Numbered from the stretch's first letter, positions 16,706 to 35,681 are shown. The stretch: 64,000 nucleotides of DNA from Eledone cirrhosa (GCA_964016885.1 CAXHJY010001371.1:1-64000), one strand, 5' to 3'. Numbers and translations: made by a program. Notes: generated by a model not told the origin, from the sequence alone.

Positions 16706-17206
16706 TAACATTATTTTAGAAATTAATATATAATTTAATTTAAATGTTAGTTAACCTATAAATTTAATTTAATTAAAATTCTACTACAGATGAGAATATA
16801 AAATATTGTGTAATCATAGATTGTGAAAAACCTTTAAATATTACTAATATATACTTAGTAATTTAATTTATAGATTAATTTTAATTTATTTAAACCTTTT
16901 ATTAAAATTCCTTTACAGATAAAATATAACAAAATATCGTGTATCCAATGACAGAGAAATAATTTTTAGTATTATAGACCTAATTAATATACATTTTAGA
17001 AATATATTTATAATTTGGTTTTAAATTTAGTCAACCTAAAAATTTAATTTAATTGGCTTAAAATTAGTATCCTAATACAGACGGATTGCAGAGTGTCATG
17101 TAATCATAGAATGGGATGTGTTTTGGATGTATACCTAGTTAATATATTCTTTGCAATTTTTGAAAAAATATGTATATGTATGTGTATGTATGTGTGTATA
17201 TGTGTA

Positions 17207-17240
<34 letters not shown>

Positions 17241-17819
17241 TATGTATATGTATATGTATATGTATTAATTTTGATTTCTATTTGCATATAATTATATTCT
17301 GCTATTGATAAAATACAATATCTGTTTTATTTATTATATACCTAATTAACATATACTATAGAAATTAATATATAATTTTTAATTTAGTTAACCTATAATT
17401 TATATTCTACTACCGATGTAATACTTTATTTGTTTTTTCCCTATTACTAAATTCATTTCCTAATATTGATACCATAACGTTAATAACTTTAATTTAGTTA
17501 TACTATAATTAATACTCTACTACTATTTAACTTCAAAATTCTGCTTCAAATATTATAAACCTAACTAATTTACACCTTAGAAATCAATATGTTAACTATC
17601 TTTAGTTTAGTTAACATATAATTAATGGTATACTTATTTTGAAATGCATAATTTTGCCTTATTTCTTGCATTTCCTAACACTGAAACTATGTAAAAACAT
17701 ATATTGGGATCCAGATACAGATTAATATTCTATGTTTCTTGAAACATATATTTACTATAATCCCCTTCTCCACCCCCCCTTTCCCCCATACTATTATCAT
17801 CTGTGTTTGTAAGCGTGTA

Positions 17820-18224
17820 TGTATGAATATATATGTAGGTAGGTGTATATATGTTTGGGTGTTTATATCTGAGTATAAATATGCGCATGCAAATAAGAAT
17901 GTATGATTGTGTGTGTATATATATGTGTGTATATATATATGTGTATATATGCATGTGTATATATATGTGTATATGTATATATATATATATGTGTATATGT
18001 GTATATGTGTGTGGGCGTGTATGTGTGTGTGTATATGTATATATATATATGTGTGTATGTATGTGTATGTATATATGTGTATATATATGTATGTCTCTCT
18101 ATATATATGTCTTTCTTCGTATCTATGTGGGTATATGTGTGTATGTACATGTATGCACATGTATATGTTTATGTGTATATGTGTGTATGTGTATATATGT
18201 ACGTGTGCGCACATATATATGTGA

Positions 18225-18258
<34 letters not shown>

Positions 18259-18878
18259 GTATATCTATGTGTGTATATATGGGTATATTCGTATGTGTAT
18301 ATATATATATATATATATTATTTATTATTATAATATAACTTATGTGTATGTGTATATATGTGAGGGTGTGTATATGTATATATATGTATATATATGTGTA
18401 AAAATATATATGTGTATGTGTGTTTTTTGTGTGTGTGTATATATATGTATGTATATATGTGTGTATGTATGTGTTTGTATGTGTGTTTATGGTTGTATGT
18501 GTGTGTGGGTATATTATATAAATGTATGTGTATATATATATATATATGTGTATATGTATCTCTATTAATGTGTGTATATATGTATATGTATATACCTTTT
18601 TCTTTGTATGTCTGAGTTGTGTGAGAGTGTAGTGGTGTTTGTATGTATATACGCATATATGGATGCGTATGTATTTGTATATATGAGTATATGTAAGTAC
18701 GTATGTATGTATGAATATATGTCTATGTCTATGTATGAGTATATATGTGTGTGTATGTATGTTGTGTGTGTATGTATGTATGTGTGTATGTGTGTATATA
18801 TATATATATATGTGTGTATATGTATGTATGTATGTGTATGTATGTACATATATGTGTATGTATATGTGTATGTATATA

Positions 18879-18911
<33 letters not shown>

Positions 18912-19109
18912 CTTCATTTTTTATATATATGTGTGTGTGTGTATGTGTGTGTGTGTATATATATCTTTATATATGTGTATGTGTATGTTCGTGTAGGTGT
19001 ATGTGTGTGTATGACTATATATGTATGTGTGTATGTGTGTATGTATGTATGTGTATGTGTGTGTACATGTATGTATGTGTATGTATATATATATGTGTAT
19101 ATGTGTATG

Positions 19110-19144
<35 letters not shown>

Positions 19145-19426
19145 GTATATGTATCTCTATTTGTATGTGTATATGTGTATATGTATATACCTTTTTCTTT
19201 GTATGTCTGAGTTGTGTGAGAGTGTAGTGGTGTTTGTATGTATATACCGATATATGGATGCGTAAGTATTTGTGTGTATGTATGTATGTATGTCTGTATG
19301 TATTTGTGTGTATATATAGGTATGTATGTGTATGTCTGTATGTATATAAGTATGTATGTGTATGTATATGTGCGTGTATGTGTATATATATGTGTGTCTA
19401 TATATGTATGTGTGATTATATGTGTA

Positions 19427-19469
<43 letters not shown>

Positions 19470-19534
19470 ATATGTGTGTATGTATGTATATGTATATGTT
19501 TATATATATGTGTGTGTGTGTGTTCTATGTGTAG

Positions 19535-19612
<78 letters not shown>
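17820..19612 (+). repeat. (TG)/(TA) compound microsatellite internal to the PLE-2 3' UTR, with a ~595-bp internal duplication
   Basis: Anchor ctttttctttgtatgtctgagttgtgtgagagtgtagtggtgtttg occurs at ~18596 and ~19191; the same organisation appears reversed at ~57985-60270. Confidence 0.88.
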
Positions 19613-19615
<3 letters not shown>

Positions 19616-20232
19616 CTTGATATATTTCTTTTTTCTTTTTTCTTTTTCCTTTCTTTCCTTTTTATTTTTTATTTCTTAGTTTATAGATACATCTATAAAT
19701 AAGCAGTCTGCCCAAACCGTTGAATACTGACCTCTCCCCCCCTCCCACCTAATTTCTGTATCTTGATCTAAATGTGTGTGGCAGTGTTTATGTGAGTGAA
19801 TTAATATCCATGTGCTTATGATAATATTATATCCACATATATATGTGTGTGGGGGTGTGTGTGTGTATGTATGTTCGTAATTATGTGTATGTTTATGCAT
19901 ATACGCGCGCGTGTGTGTGAGTGTACGGATATGTGTGAGTATGAGAATATGTGTATACACTTATTTCATATTTATGTGTCTATACGCATTTTATCTGTGC
20001 ATTATAAACTTACAGAGACATTAGCCTTGAAATTTTGTATTTGCATGCATCTTTTTGGCATGCGTATGCATGTTGAGCATATATCTTTGTATAAATATGT
20101 GTACGGGGCTGGTTACATGTATATACACACACCAAACTGCATAAAACCTTTTGTATTTTCATTGGTCAATTTTGAACTCTGTTCCCAAACGGACCTGAAA
20201 TTTTGAATTGTTGTTATTATCAATAAATATAT

Positions 20233-20387
20233 TTCATTATTTCTGAAGACGGCGTATATGTGTGTTTGGTATGTATATTTAATCTTGATAGTTTGTATAA
20301 TTTTGTATAATTTTGTACATAGATCTGTTGAATATGCATGCCAATTCTAACACATATATATCCTAGAAACGATCGTTAAATAATGAA
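20233..20387 (+). ncRNA. Type I hammerhead ribozyme with a long stem II
   Basis: ttcattattt-CTGAAGA-[116 nt]-GAAA-cgatcg-TT-aaataatgaa: perfect 10-bp stem I, palindromic stem III (acgatcgt), predicted cleavage after 20377. Confidence 0.75.
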
Positions 20388-20587
20388 CTTTTTTTTGTTT
20401 AATATAAGGAACTGTTTCATTGTTTATTCATTATTTGTTTAATATTTTATCTTGACTCTGTATACCGTTTATCTTTCACCGAAAGTGATTTTTCATTACA
20501 TCTCTTCTTTCCATGATATCCGGAATACATTGAGTTCTTCATACGGATTGGACACTACCGTAAACTCTTGGTAGATTTATCTACATA

Positions 20588-20766
20588 TATATATATATAT
20601 ATACATATATACATATATATATATACATATATATATATACATATATACATATACATATATATATACATATATACATATACATATATATATATATACATAT
20701 ATACATATACATATATATACATATATACATATATATATACATATATATATATATATACATATATAC

Positions 20767-20863
<97 letters not shown>

Positions 20864-21144
20864 CATATATATATATATACATATATATATACATATATAT
20901 ATATATACATATATATATATACATATATATATATACATATATATATATACATATATATATACATATATATACACATATATATACACATATATATACATAT
21001 ATATACATATATATACATATATATATACATATACATGTATATACATATATATATATATATTCATATATATATATATATATACATATATACATATATATAT
21101 ACATATATATATATATACACATATACATATATATACACATATAC

Positions 21145-21175
<31 letters not shown>

Positions 21176-21334
21176 TATATATATATATACACATATATAC
21201 ATATATACATATATATATATATATACACATATACATATATATATACATATACATATATACATATATACACACATATATATATATAAACACATATACATAT
21301 ATATATATACACATATACATATATACATATATAC

Positions 21335-21411
<77 letters not shown>

Positions 21412-21512
21412 CATATATATACATATAGACATATATATATATATATACACATATACATATATACATATATACATATATATATATATATATTATATATATA
21501 TATATATATATA
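20588..21512. repeat. Compound TA/TACA array, near-copy of ~12163-12990
   Basis: Shared variant order, including acatgtat..tattcat..taaacacat. Confidence 0.9.
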
Positions 21513-22111
21513 TGGTGGCTGCCAACTCGTTTTCGAGTACGGCCACTACTTTATATCCATGTAGGAGAACCCCTACCGATGCGCTGAACGAATGTGACTT
21601 TTTAGTCCAGCCAGCGACTTGAAAACTCTGGTACAAAGACTACACTTGTTACAATTATTGACACATAGTGCAGGGGCCCATGGTACCATGTGATGACAAG
21701 TGCAGAGAGATCTCCAGATATAAAGCAATGCCTGTGCTGTGAAGCTTTTATAGTGAGCAAAGGCACTGCACAAAGCCAGTCCCACTCTCTTAACCAAGAT
21801 GATATTTACCAAAAAGAAGAGCAAGTCAACATCATTGGATACCATCAGGGTTGCAGGTGTTATATCAGAGTTTTCCTTCTCTAGAATTCTGCCTTGACAA
21901 AGGCTAAGGGGTCATCTCTCCCAGTGATTTGGATGGCTATTGACTCTTAAGAGCTCCCTTGCCCTTTGACAGGTTTTGTTTTTAGTCCTGCCGGATGTCC
22001 AAAGTCACCCTCCTCACCAAGAAACCTTGGTGGGGTTGCCAGTTTAGTCGCCAACGACCCGACCATGAGACAGGTTGTACTGGGATACATGTTACCAGTA
22101 GCACCAACTGG
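21513..22111 (-). mobile_element. Internally deleted RTE-like non-autonomous element (5' UTR joined to the ORF 3' end)
   Basis: The minus strand has an RTE-like leader (gagaaggaaaactctgat) and ends with a C2H2-like [22 protein letters not shown] typical of RTE C-termini; no RT or APE lies between them; TA flanks. Confidence 0.6.
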
Positions 22112-22117
22112 TATACA

Positions 22118-22187
<70 letters not shown>

Positions 22188-22264
22188 CATCTATATATAC
22201 ATATATATATATACATATATATATATACATCTATATATACATATATATATACATCTATATATAC

Positions 22265-22327
<63 letters not shown>

Positions 22328-22365
22328 CTATATATATACATATATATATACATATATATATATAC

Positions 22366-22439
<74 letters not shown>

Positions 22440-22507
22440 CATTGTATATCTACACATATATATATACATATATATATATGTACATATATATATATATACA
22501 TATATAC

Positions 22508-22540
<33 letters not shown>

Positions 22541-22666
22541 CATATATACATATATATATATACATATATACAAATATATATACATATATATATATATATA
22601 TACATATACACATATATATATATACATATATATATATACATATATACATATATATATATACACATA

Positions 22667-22702
<36 letters not shown>

Positions 22703-22719
22703 CATATATATATAAATAC

Positions 22720-22750
<31 letters not shown>

Positions 22751-22955
22751 CATATATACATATATATATACATATATATATATACATATATACATATACA
22801 TATATATATATACATATATACATATACATATATATATATACATATATACATATACAATATATATACATATATACATATATATATACATATATATATATAC
22901 ATATATACATATATATATACATATATATATATATATACATATATACATATATATA

Positions 22956-22993
<38 letters not shown>

Positions 22994-23382
22994 TATACAT
23001 ATATATATACATATATATACACATATATATACATATATATACATATATATACATATATATACATATACATATATATACATATACATGTATATACATATAT
23101 ATATATATATTCATATATATATATATACATATATACATATATATATACATATATATAGATATACATATACATATATATACACATATACATATATATATAT
23201 ACACATATACATATATATATATATACACATATATACATATATACATATATATATATACACATATACATATATATATACATATACATATATACATATATAC
23301 ATATATATATATATATACACATATACATATATATATATATACACATATACATATATACATATATACATATATATATATATAC

Positions 23383-23413
<31 letters not shown>

Positions 23414-23488
23414 CATACATATATACATATATATATATATACATATATATACATATATACATATATATATATATACACATATACATAT

Positions 23489-23559
<71 letters not shown>

Positions 23560-23710
23560 CATATATATATACATACATATATATACATATATATATACAT
23601 ACATATATATACATATATATATACATATATACATATACATATATATATATATACATATATACATATACATATATATACATATATACATATATATATACAT
23701 ATATATATAT

Positions 23711-23753
<43 letters not shown>

Positions 23754-23756
23754 TAC

Positions 23757-23791
<35 letters not shown>

Positions 23792-23804
23792 CATATAAAT
23801 ATAC

Positions 23805-23836
<32 letters not shown>

Positions 23837-24050
23837 ATATATACATATATATACATATATACATATATATATATACATATATACATATATATATATATAC
23901 ATATATACATATACATGTATATATATACATATATATATACATATATATATATACATATATATATATACATATATATATATACATATATATATCTACACAT
24001 ATATATATATACATATATATATATATACATATATATATATACATATATAC

Positions 24051-24081
<31 letters not shown>

Positions 24082-24131
24082 CATATATACATATATATAT
24101 ACATATATATATATAATATATACATATATAC

Positions 24132-24162
<31 letters not shown>

Positions 24163-24184
24163 CATATATACATATATATATATA

Positions 24185-24243
<59 letters not shown>

Positions 24244-24260
24244 CATATATATATAAATAC

Positions 24261-24291
<31 letters not shown>

Positions 24292-24416
24292 CATATATAC
24301 ATATATATATATACATATATATATATACATATATACATATACATATATATATATATACATATATACATATACATATATATATATACATATATATATACAT
24401 ATATATACATATATAC

Positions 24417-24447
<31 letters not shown>

Positions 24448-24456
24448 CATATATAC

Positions 24457-24515
<59 letters not shown>

Positions 24516-24516
24516 C

Positions 24517-24561
<45 letters not shown>

Positions 24562-24652
24562 CATATATATATATACATATATATATACATATATATATAT
24601 ATACATATAAATATACATATATATATATTCATATACATATATATATATATAC

Positions 24653-24697
<45 letters not shown>

Positions 24698-24718
24698 CAT
24701 ATTATACATATATATACA

Positions 24719-24750
<32 letters not shown>

Positions 24751-24887
24751 CATATATATATATACATGTATATATACATATATATATATATACATATAAA
24801 TATACATATATATATATATTCATATATATATATGTATATTTATATGTAATATATATATATGTATATATACATGTATATATATATATG

Positions 24888-24919
<32 letters not shown>

Positions 24920-25063
24920 TGTATATATATGTATATATGTATATGTATATATATATAATATATATATATATGTAAATATATATGTATATATATATATATG
25001 TATATGAATATATATATATATGTATATTTATATGTATATATAAATATATATACATATATATAC
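22112..25063. repeat. Compound TA/TACA array
   Basis: Direct reading; polarity flip at ~24833-25038. Confidence 0.95.
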
Positions 25064-25464
25064 ATATTGTTATATTTGGGGAGGGTCATATTTGCGTAAT
25101 ATTGCCAGGATTAATAACAGAACACACTCACTGTTTGGTTGGTTTTCGCTTCTCGCTGTCTTTTATATATATATATCTGCGATCTAACTTACTCGGTCCT
25201 CAATGTTGCCATTGACTGACCGCGGTCAAAAATAATACAGATACAATATAGACACAAACACATATATATAGTTTACACAATTTACATAAATCTTTCGTTG
25301 CACATCTGAAACATCGTCAGTGGTGTTATATTCATTGTTCCTCCTGTTGTGTTGTATGTCTACGCCATTTTTTTTTGACAAAAAAAAAATGGCGTAGACA
25401 TACAAATATAACAATATCTGTTTCGACACACGATTTCATATAAAAAACCTCGCAAAACTAATTC
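25064..25464. mobile_element. ~400-bp non-coding unit, copy 1 (palindrome, 15-bp IR, hammerhead-like core on the minus strand)
   Basis: Near-identical to 27989-28389; embedded in TA. Confidence 0.6.
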
Positions 25465-25736
25465 ATATATATACACATATACATATATATATATACATAT
25501 ACATACATACATATATACATATATATATATACACATATACATATATATATATATATACACATATACATATATATATATATACACATATATACATATATAC
25601 ATATATATATATACACATATACATATATATATACATATACATATATACATATATACATATATATATATATACACATATACATATATATATATATACACAT
25701 ATACATATATACATATATACATATATATATATATAC

Positions 25737-25767
<31 letters not shown>

Positions 25768-25842
25768 CATACATATATACATATATATATATATACATAT
25801 ATATACATATATACATATATATATATATACACATATACATAT

Positions 25843-25921
<79 letters not shown>

Positions 25922-26298
25922 CATATATATATACATACATATATATACATATATATATACATACATATATATACATATATATATACATATATACATATAC
26001 ATATATATATATATACATATATACATATACATATATATACATATATACATATATATATACATATATATAGATATACACATATACATATATATACACATAT
26101 ACATATATATATATATATACACATATACATATATATATATATACACATATATACATATATACATATATATATATACACATATACATATATATATACATAT
26201 ACATATATACATATATACATATATATATATATACACATATACATATATATATATATACACATATACATATATACATATATACATATATATATATATAC

Positions 26299-26329
<31 letters not shown>

Positions 26330-26404
26330 CATACATATATACATATATATATATATACATATATATACATATATACATATATATATATATACACATATAC
26401 ATAT

Positions 26405-26465
<61 letters not shown>

Positions 26466-26616
26466 CATATATATATACATACATATATATACATATATAT
26501 ATACATACATATATATACATATATATATACATATATACATATACATATATATATATATACATATATACATATACATATATATACATATATACATATATAT
26601 ATACATATATATATAT

Positions 26617-26663
<47 letters not shown>

Positions 26664-26666
26664 TAC

Positions 26667-26701
<35 letters not shown>

Positions 26702-26714
26702 CATATAAATATAC

Positions 26715-26746
<32 letters not shown>

Positions 26747-26960
26747 ATATATACATATATATACATATATACATATATATATATACATATATACATATAT
26801 ATATATATACATATATACATATACATGTATATATATACATATATATATACATATATATATATACATATATATATATACATATATATATATACATATATAT
26901 ATCTACACATATATATATATACATATATATATATATACATATATATATATACATATATAC

Positions 26961-26991
<31 letters not shown>

Positions 26992-27036
26992 CATATATAC
27001 ATATATATATACATATATATATATATACATATATAC

Positions 27037-27067
<31 letters not shown>

Positions 27068-27088
27068 CATATATACATATATATATAT

Positions 27089-27155
<67 letters not shown>

Positions 27156-27172
27156 CATATATATATAAATAC

Positions 27173-27205
<33 letters not shown>

Positions 27206-27332
27206 CATATATACATATATATATATACATATATATATATACATATATACATATACATATATATATATATACATATATACATATACATATATATATATAC
27301 ATATATACATATACATATATATACATATATAC

Positions 27333-27363
<31 letters not shown>

Positions 27364-27373
27364 CATATATACT

Positions 27374-27423
<50 letters not shown>

Positions 27424-27435
27424 CATATATATACA

Positions 27436-27467
<32 letters not shown>

Positions 27468-27560
27468 CATATATATATATACATATATATATACATATAT
27501 ATATATATACATATAAATATACATATATATATATATTCATATACATATATATATATATAC

Positions 27561-27631
<71 letters not shown>

Positions 27632-27643
27632 CATATATATACA

Positions 27644-27675
<32 letters not shown>

Positions 27676-27770
27676 CATATATATATATACATGTATATAT
27701 ACATATATATATATATACATATAAATATACATATATATATATATTCATATACATATATATATATATATAC

Positions 27771-27815
<45 letters not shown>

Positions 27816-27988
27816 TATATATACATATATATATATACATATATATATATACATATATATACACATATATATATACACATATATATACATATATATACAT
27901 ATATATACATATACATATATATACATATACATATATATACATATATATATATACATATATATGTATATACACATATACATATATATAC
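25465..27988. repeat. Compound TA/TACA array, largely a duplicate of ~23150-24830
   Basis: Same variant order (acatataaat, acatgtat, atctacac) offset by ~2.9 kb. Confidence 0.9.
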
Positions 27989-28389
27989 ATATTGTTATAT
28001 TTGGGGAGGGTCATATTTGCGTAATATTGCCAGGATTAATAACAGAACACACTCACTGTTTGGTTGGTTTTCGCTTCTCGCTGTCTTTTATATATATATA
28101 TCTGCGATCTAACTTACTCGGTCCTCAATGTTGCCATTGACTGACCGCGGTCAAAAATAATACAGATACAATATAGACACAAACACATATATATAGTTTA
28201 CACAATTTACATAAATCTTTCGTTGCACATCTGCAACATCGTCAGTGGTGTTATATTCATTGTTCCTCCTGTTGTGTTGTATGTCTACGCCATTTTTTTT
28301 TGACAAAAAAAAATGGCGTAGACATACAAATATAACAATATCTGTTTCGACACACGATTTCATATAAAAAACCTCGCAAAACTAATTCA
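27989..28389. mobile_element. ~400-bp non-coding unit, copy 2
   Basis: 2925-bp offset from copy 1; only a couple of differences seen. Confidence 0.6.
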
Positions 28390-30244
<1,855 letters not shown>

Positions 30245-31128
30245 ATGTGCATCTGCTGTGGTGTCAAAAACAAACGCACATGACCGCACAGATAAACAAT
30301 GGACCATGCCACGTGGCTTGAACCCGTAAGTGAATTGAAGGTTCTGCAACTCTGATACACATATTGTTTATTATTTATTATTAAGATGTATAAACTGGAC
30401 ACGACTGTTATCATCCTATATTCTCTCAACGAATCACACTTGATCATATTTCTCTATCCTGTTTTCTCCCCCCATAATTATTATATTTTTATTATTTTTT
30501 ATTATTGTTTGAAAAAAATCGGTTTTTTTTTACATTGTGTTTTCCCCTCCAAATATTCGCTTATATTTCCTTATATATTCTCTATATATTTTTTATCTTT
30601 AGTATTATTTCCACTTTTATCCTCCTTTATATTTTACCTTATTCTTACTTTTATACCTTATTATAGTGTAATCTTCCCCATGCCTTATTATACACTATTA
30701 ATTATAGATTATTATTATTACTCTTTTTTCCATTTCTAATTACCTCATGTACCTTCTCCTCCGCTATATGTATATATGTATTCTACGCCCTTTGTGTTTG
30801 TGTAGCCTCTGCGCACCCTCTGCACCATACTACCCACGCCACCTCATCTATGGTTCAGCTAACCACCCGACCCCGGAATGAATATGACCGCAGCTAGTAA
30901 ACTAGGACCAACACCCCACCCTCCCGCACCAAAATTAGACTTATCGTCCCCTACTTTTGCTCTTTACTCTCTCTACCCTGTGTTCTCGGGTGTTTGGTTG
31001 GTAGAGTCCATAACACCAATCAAACCCCTTTTATAGCTCTGATGAATCCTACGGTTACACGTAAGGAAGAAACATTGTTACCCAATAAAACTCTTTTGAT
31101 GTTGTAGACGCTCTTGTGTCCTTTTTCA
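30245..31128 (+). mobile_element. Decayed PLE-like 3' remnant ending in a hammerhead-like motif
   Basis: AT-rich UTR-like sequence; CTGATGA..GAAA-cattg-TT lies ~50 nt before the TA array, as in PLE-1 and PLE-3; weak GIY-YIG C-terminal resemblance at 30245-30360. Confidence 0.5.
31029..31090 (+). ncRNA. Degenerate type I hammerhead
   Basis: ttttatagct-CTGATGA-a-tcctacg..cgtaagga-a-GAAA-cattg-TT-acccaataaaa; stem I is mismatched near the core. Confidence 0.55.
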
Positions 31129-31271
31129 TATATATATATACATATATATATATACATATATATATACATATATATATATATACATATAAATATACATATA
31201 TATATATATATATATATGCATATACATATATATATATATACATATATATATACATATAAATATACGTATAT

Positions 31272-31305
<34 letters not shown>

Positions 31306-31404
31306 ATATATACATATATATACATATATACATATATATATATACATATATACATATATATACATATATACATATACATGTATATATATACATATATATA
31401 CATG

Positions 31405-31450
<46 letters not shown>

Positions 31451-31695
31451 CACATATACATATATATACACATATACATATATATATATACACATATACA
31501 TATATATATATTACACATATATACATATATACATATATATATATATACACATATACATATATATATAATACACATATATACATATATACATATATATATA
31601 TATATACACATATACATATATACATATATACATATATATATATACACATATACATATATATGTATATACACATATACATATATACATATATACAT

Positions 31696-31742
<47 letters not shown>

Positions 31743-31825
31743 CATATACATACATATATACATATATATATATACATATACATACATACATATATACATA
31801 TATATATATATTGACATATACATAT

Positions 31826-31868
<43 letters not shown>

Positions 31869-31905
31869 CATATATATACATATATATATACATACATATA
31901 TATAC

Positions 31906-31958
<53 letters not shown>

Positions 31959-31966
31959 CACATATA

Positions 31967-32054
<88 letters not shown>

Positions 32055-32081
32055 CATATATATATACACATCTATATATAC

Positions 32082-32140
<59 letters not shown>

Positions 32141-32153
32141 CATATATATATAC

Positions 32154-32230
<77 letters not shown>

Positions 32231-32500
32231 CACATATACATATATATACACATATACATATATATATATATACACATATACACATATATATATATACACA
32301 TATATACATATATACATATATAATTACATATATATATATATACACATATACATGTATATATATATATACATATATACATATATACATATATACATATATA
32401 TATATACACATATACATATATACATATATACATATATATACACATATACATATATATATATACACATATACATATATACATATATACATATATACATATG

Positions 32501-32592
<92 letters not shown>

Positions 32593-32759
32593 CATATATA
32601 TACATATATACATATATATATATATATACACATATACATATATATACACATATACATATATATATATATACACATATACATATATATATATATACACATA
32701 TATACATATATACATATATATATATATACACATATACATATATATATATATACACATAT

Positions 32760-32797
<38 letters not shown>

Positions 32798-32879
32798 ACA
32801 TATATACATATATACATATATATATATACACATATACATATATATGTATATACACATATACATATATACATATATACAT

Positions 32880-32926
<47 letters not shown>

Positions 32927-33007
32927 CATACATACATATATACATATATATATATACATATACATACATACATATATACATATATATATATATTGACATA
33001 TACATAT

Positions 33008-33064
<57 letters not shown>

Positions 33065-33101
33065 CATATATATACATATATATATACATACATATATATA
33101 C

Positions 33102-33132
<31 letters not shown>

Positions 33133-33171
33133 CATATATATATATACACATATATATATATATACATATAC

Positions 33172-33242
<71 letters not shown>

Positions 33243-33269
33243 CATATATATATATACATCTATATATAC

Positions 33270-33326
<57 letters not shown>

Positions 33327-33572
33327 CATATATATATACATATATATATATATATGTATATATATATACACATATACACATATATATATATACACATATA
33401 TACATATATACATATATATATATATACACATATACATATATATATATACATATATACATATATACATATATACATATATATATATACACATATACATATA
33501 TACATATATACATATATATACACATATACATATATATATATACACATATACATATATACATATATACATATG

Positions 33573-33654
<82 letters not shown>

Positions 33655-33693
33655 CATATATATACATATATACATATATATATATATACACAT

Positions 33694-33752
<59 letters not shown>

Positions 33753-33987
33753 TATATACATACATATATATACATATATATATACATACATATATATACA
33801 TATATATATACATATATACATATACATATATATATATATACATATATACATATACATATATATACATATATACATATATATATACATATATATATATATA
33901 CATATATACATATATATATACATATATATATATATATACATATATACATATATATATATACATATATATATATACATATAAATATAC

Positions 33988-34019
<32 letters not shown>

Positions 34020-34111
34020 ATATATACATATAATATACATATATACATATATATATATACATATATACATATATATATATACATATATACATATACATGT
34101 ATATATATACA

Positions 34112-34143
<32 letters not shown>

Positions 34144-34188
34144 CATATATATATACATATATATATATATACATATAAATATACATAT

Positions 34189-34222
<34 letters not shown>

Positions 34223-34588
34223 ATATATACATATATATATACATATATATATACATATATATATATACATATATATATATACATATATATATATACATAT
34301 ATATATATATACATATATATACACATATATATATACACATATATATACATATATATACATATATATACATATACATATATATACATATATATATATATAT
34401 ACACATATACAAATATATACACATATACATATATATATATATATACACATATACATATATATATATATACACATATATACATATATACATATATATATAT
34501 ATACGCATATACATATATATATATATACACATATATACATATATACATATATATATATATATACACATATACATATATACAGATATAC

Positions 34589-34620
<32 letters not shown>

Positions 34621-34798
34621 ATATATATACACATATACATATATACATATATACATAGTTATATACATATATATATATATACATATACATACATACATAT
34701 ATACATATATACATATATACCTATACATATATATATATACACATATACATATATATATATACACATATACATATATACATATATACATAGATATATAC

Positions 34799-34830
<32 letters not shown>

Positions 34831-34904
34831 ATATATACATATATATATATACATATATATATACATATATATATATACATATATATATATACATCTATAT
34901 ATAC

Positions 34905-34961
<57 letters not shown>

Positions 34962-34974
34962 CATATATATATAC

Positions 34975-35023
<49 letters not shown>

Positions 35024-35294
35024 CATACATACATATATATATATATATACACATATACATATATATACACATATACATATATATATATACACATATACAT
35101 ATATATATATACACATATAAACATATATACATATATATATATACACATATACATATATATATATATATACATATATACATATATACATATATACATATAT
35201 ATATATACACATATACATATATACATATATACATATATATATATACACATATACATATCTATATATACACATATACATATATATATATACACAT

Positions 35295-35379
<85 letters not shown>

Positions 35380-35452
35380 CATACATATATACATATATAT
35401 ATATTTACATATATATACATATATACATATATATATATACACATATACATAT

Positions 35453-35497
<45 letters not shown>

Positions 35498-35648
35498 TAT
35501 ATACATACATATATATACATATATATATACATACATATATATACATATATATATACATATATACATATATATATATATACATATATACATATACATATAT
35601 ATACATATATACATATATATATACATATATATATATATACATATATAC

Positions 35649-35681
<33 letters not shown>

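Larger units (their letters stand above)
13883..20587 (+). mobile_element. PLE-2: Hydra-type PLE, 5'-truncated, with a 600-bp inverted arm and ~3.9-kb 3' UTR
   Basis: 13883-14482 is the reverse complement of 19851-20450; RT-GIY-YIG ORF; hammerhead; 137-nt tail 20451-20587; TA flanks. Confidence 0.92.
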
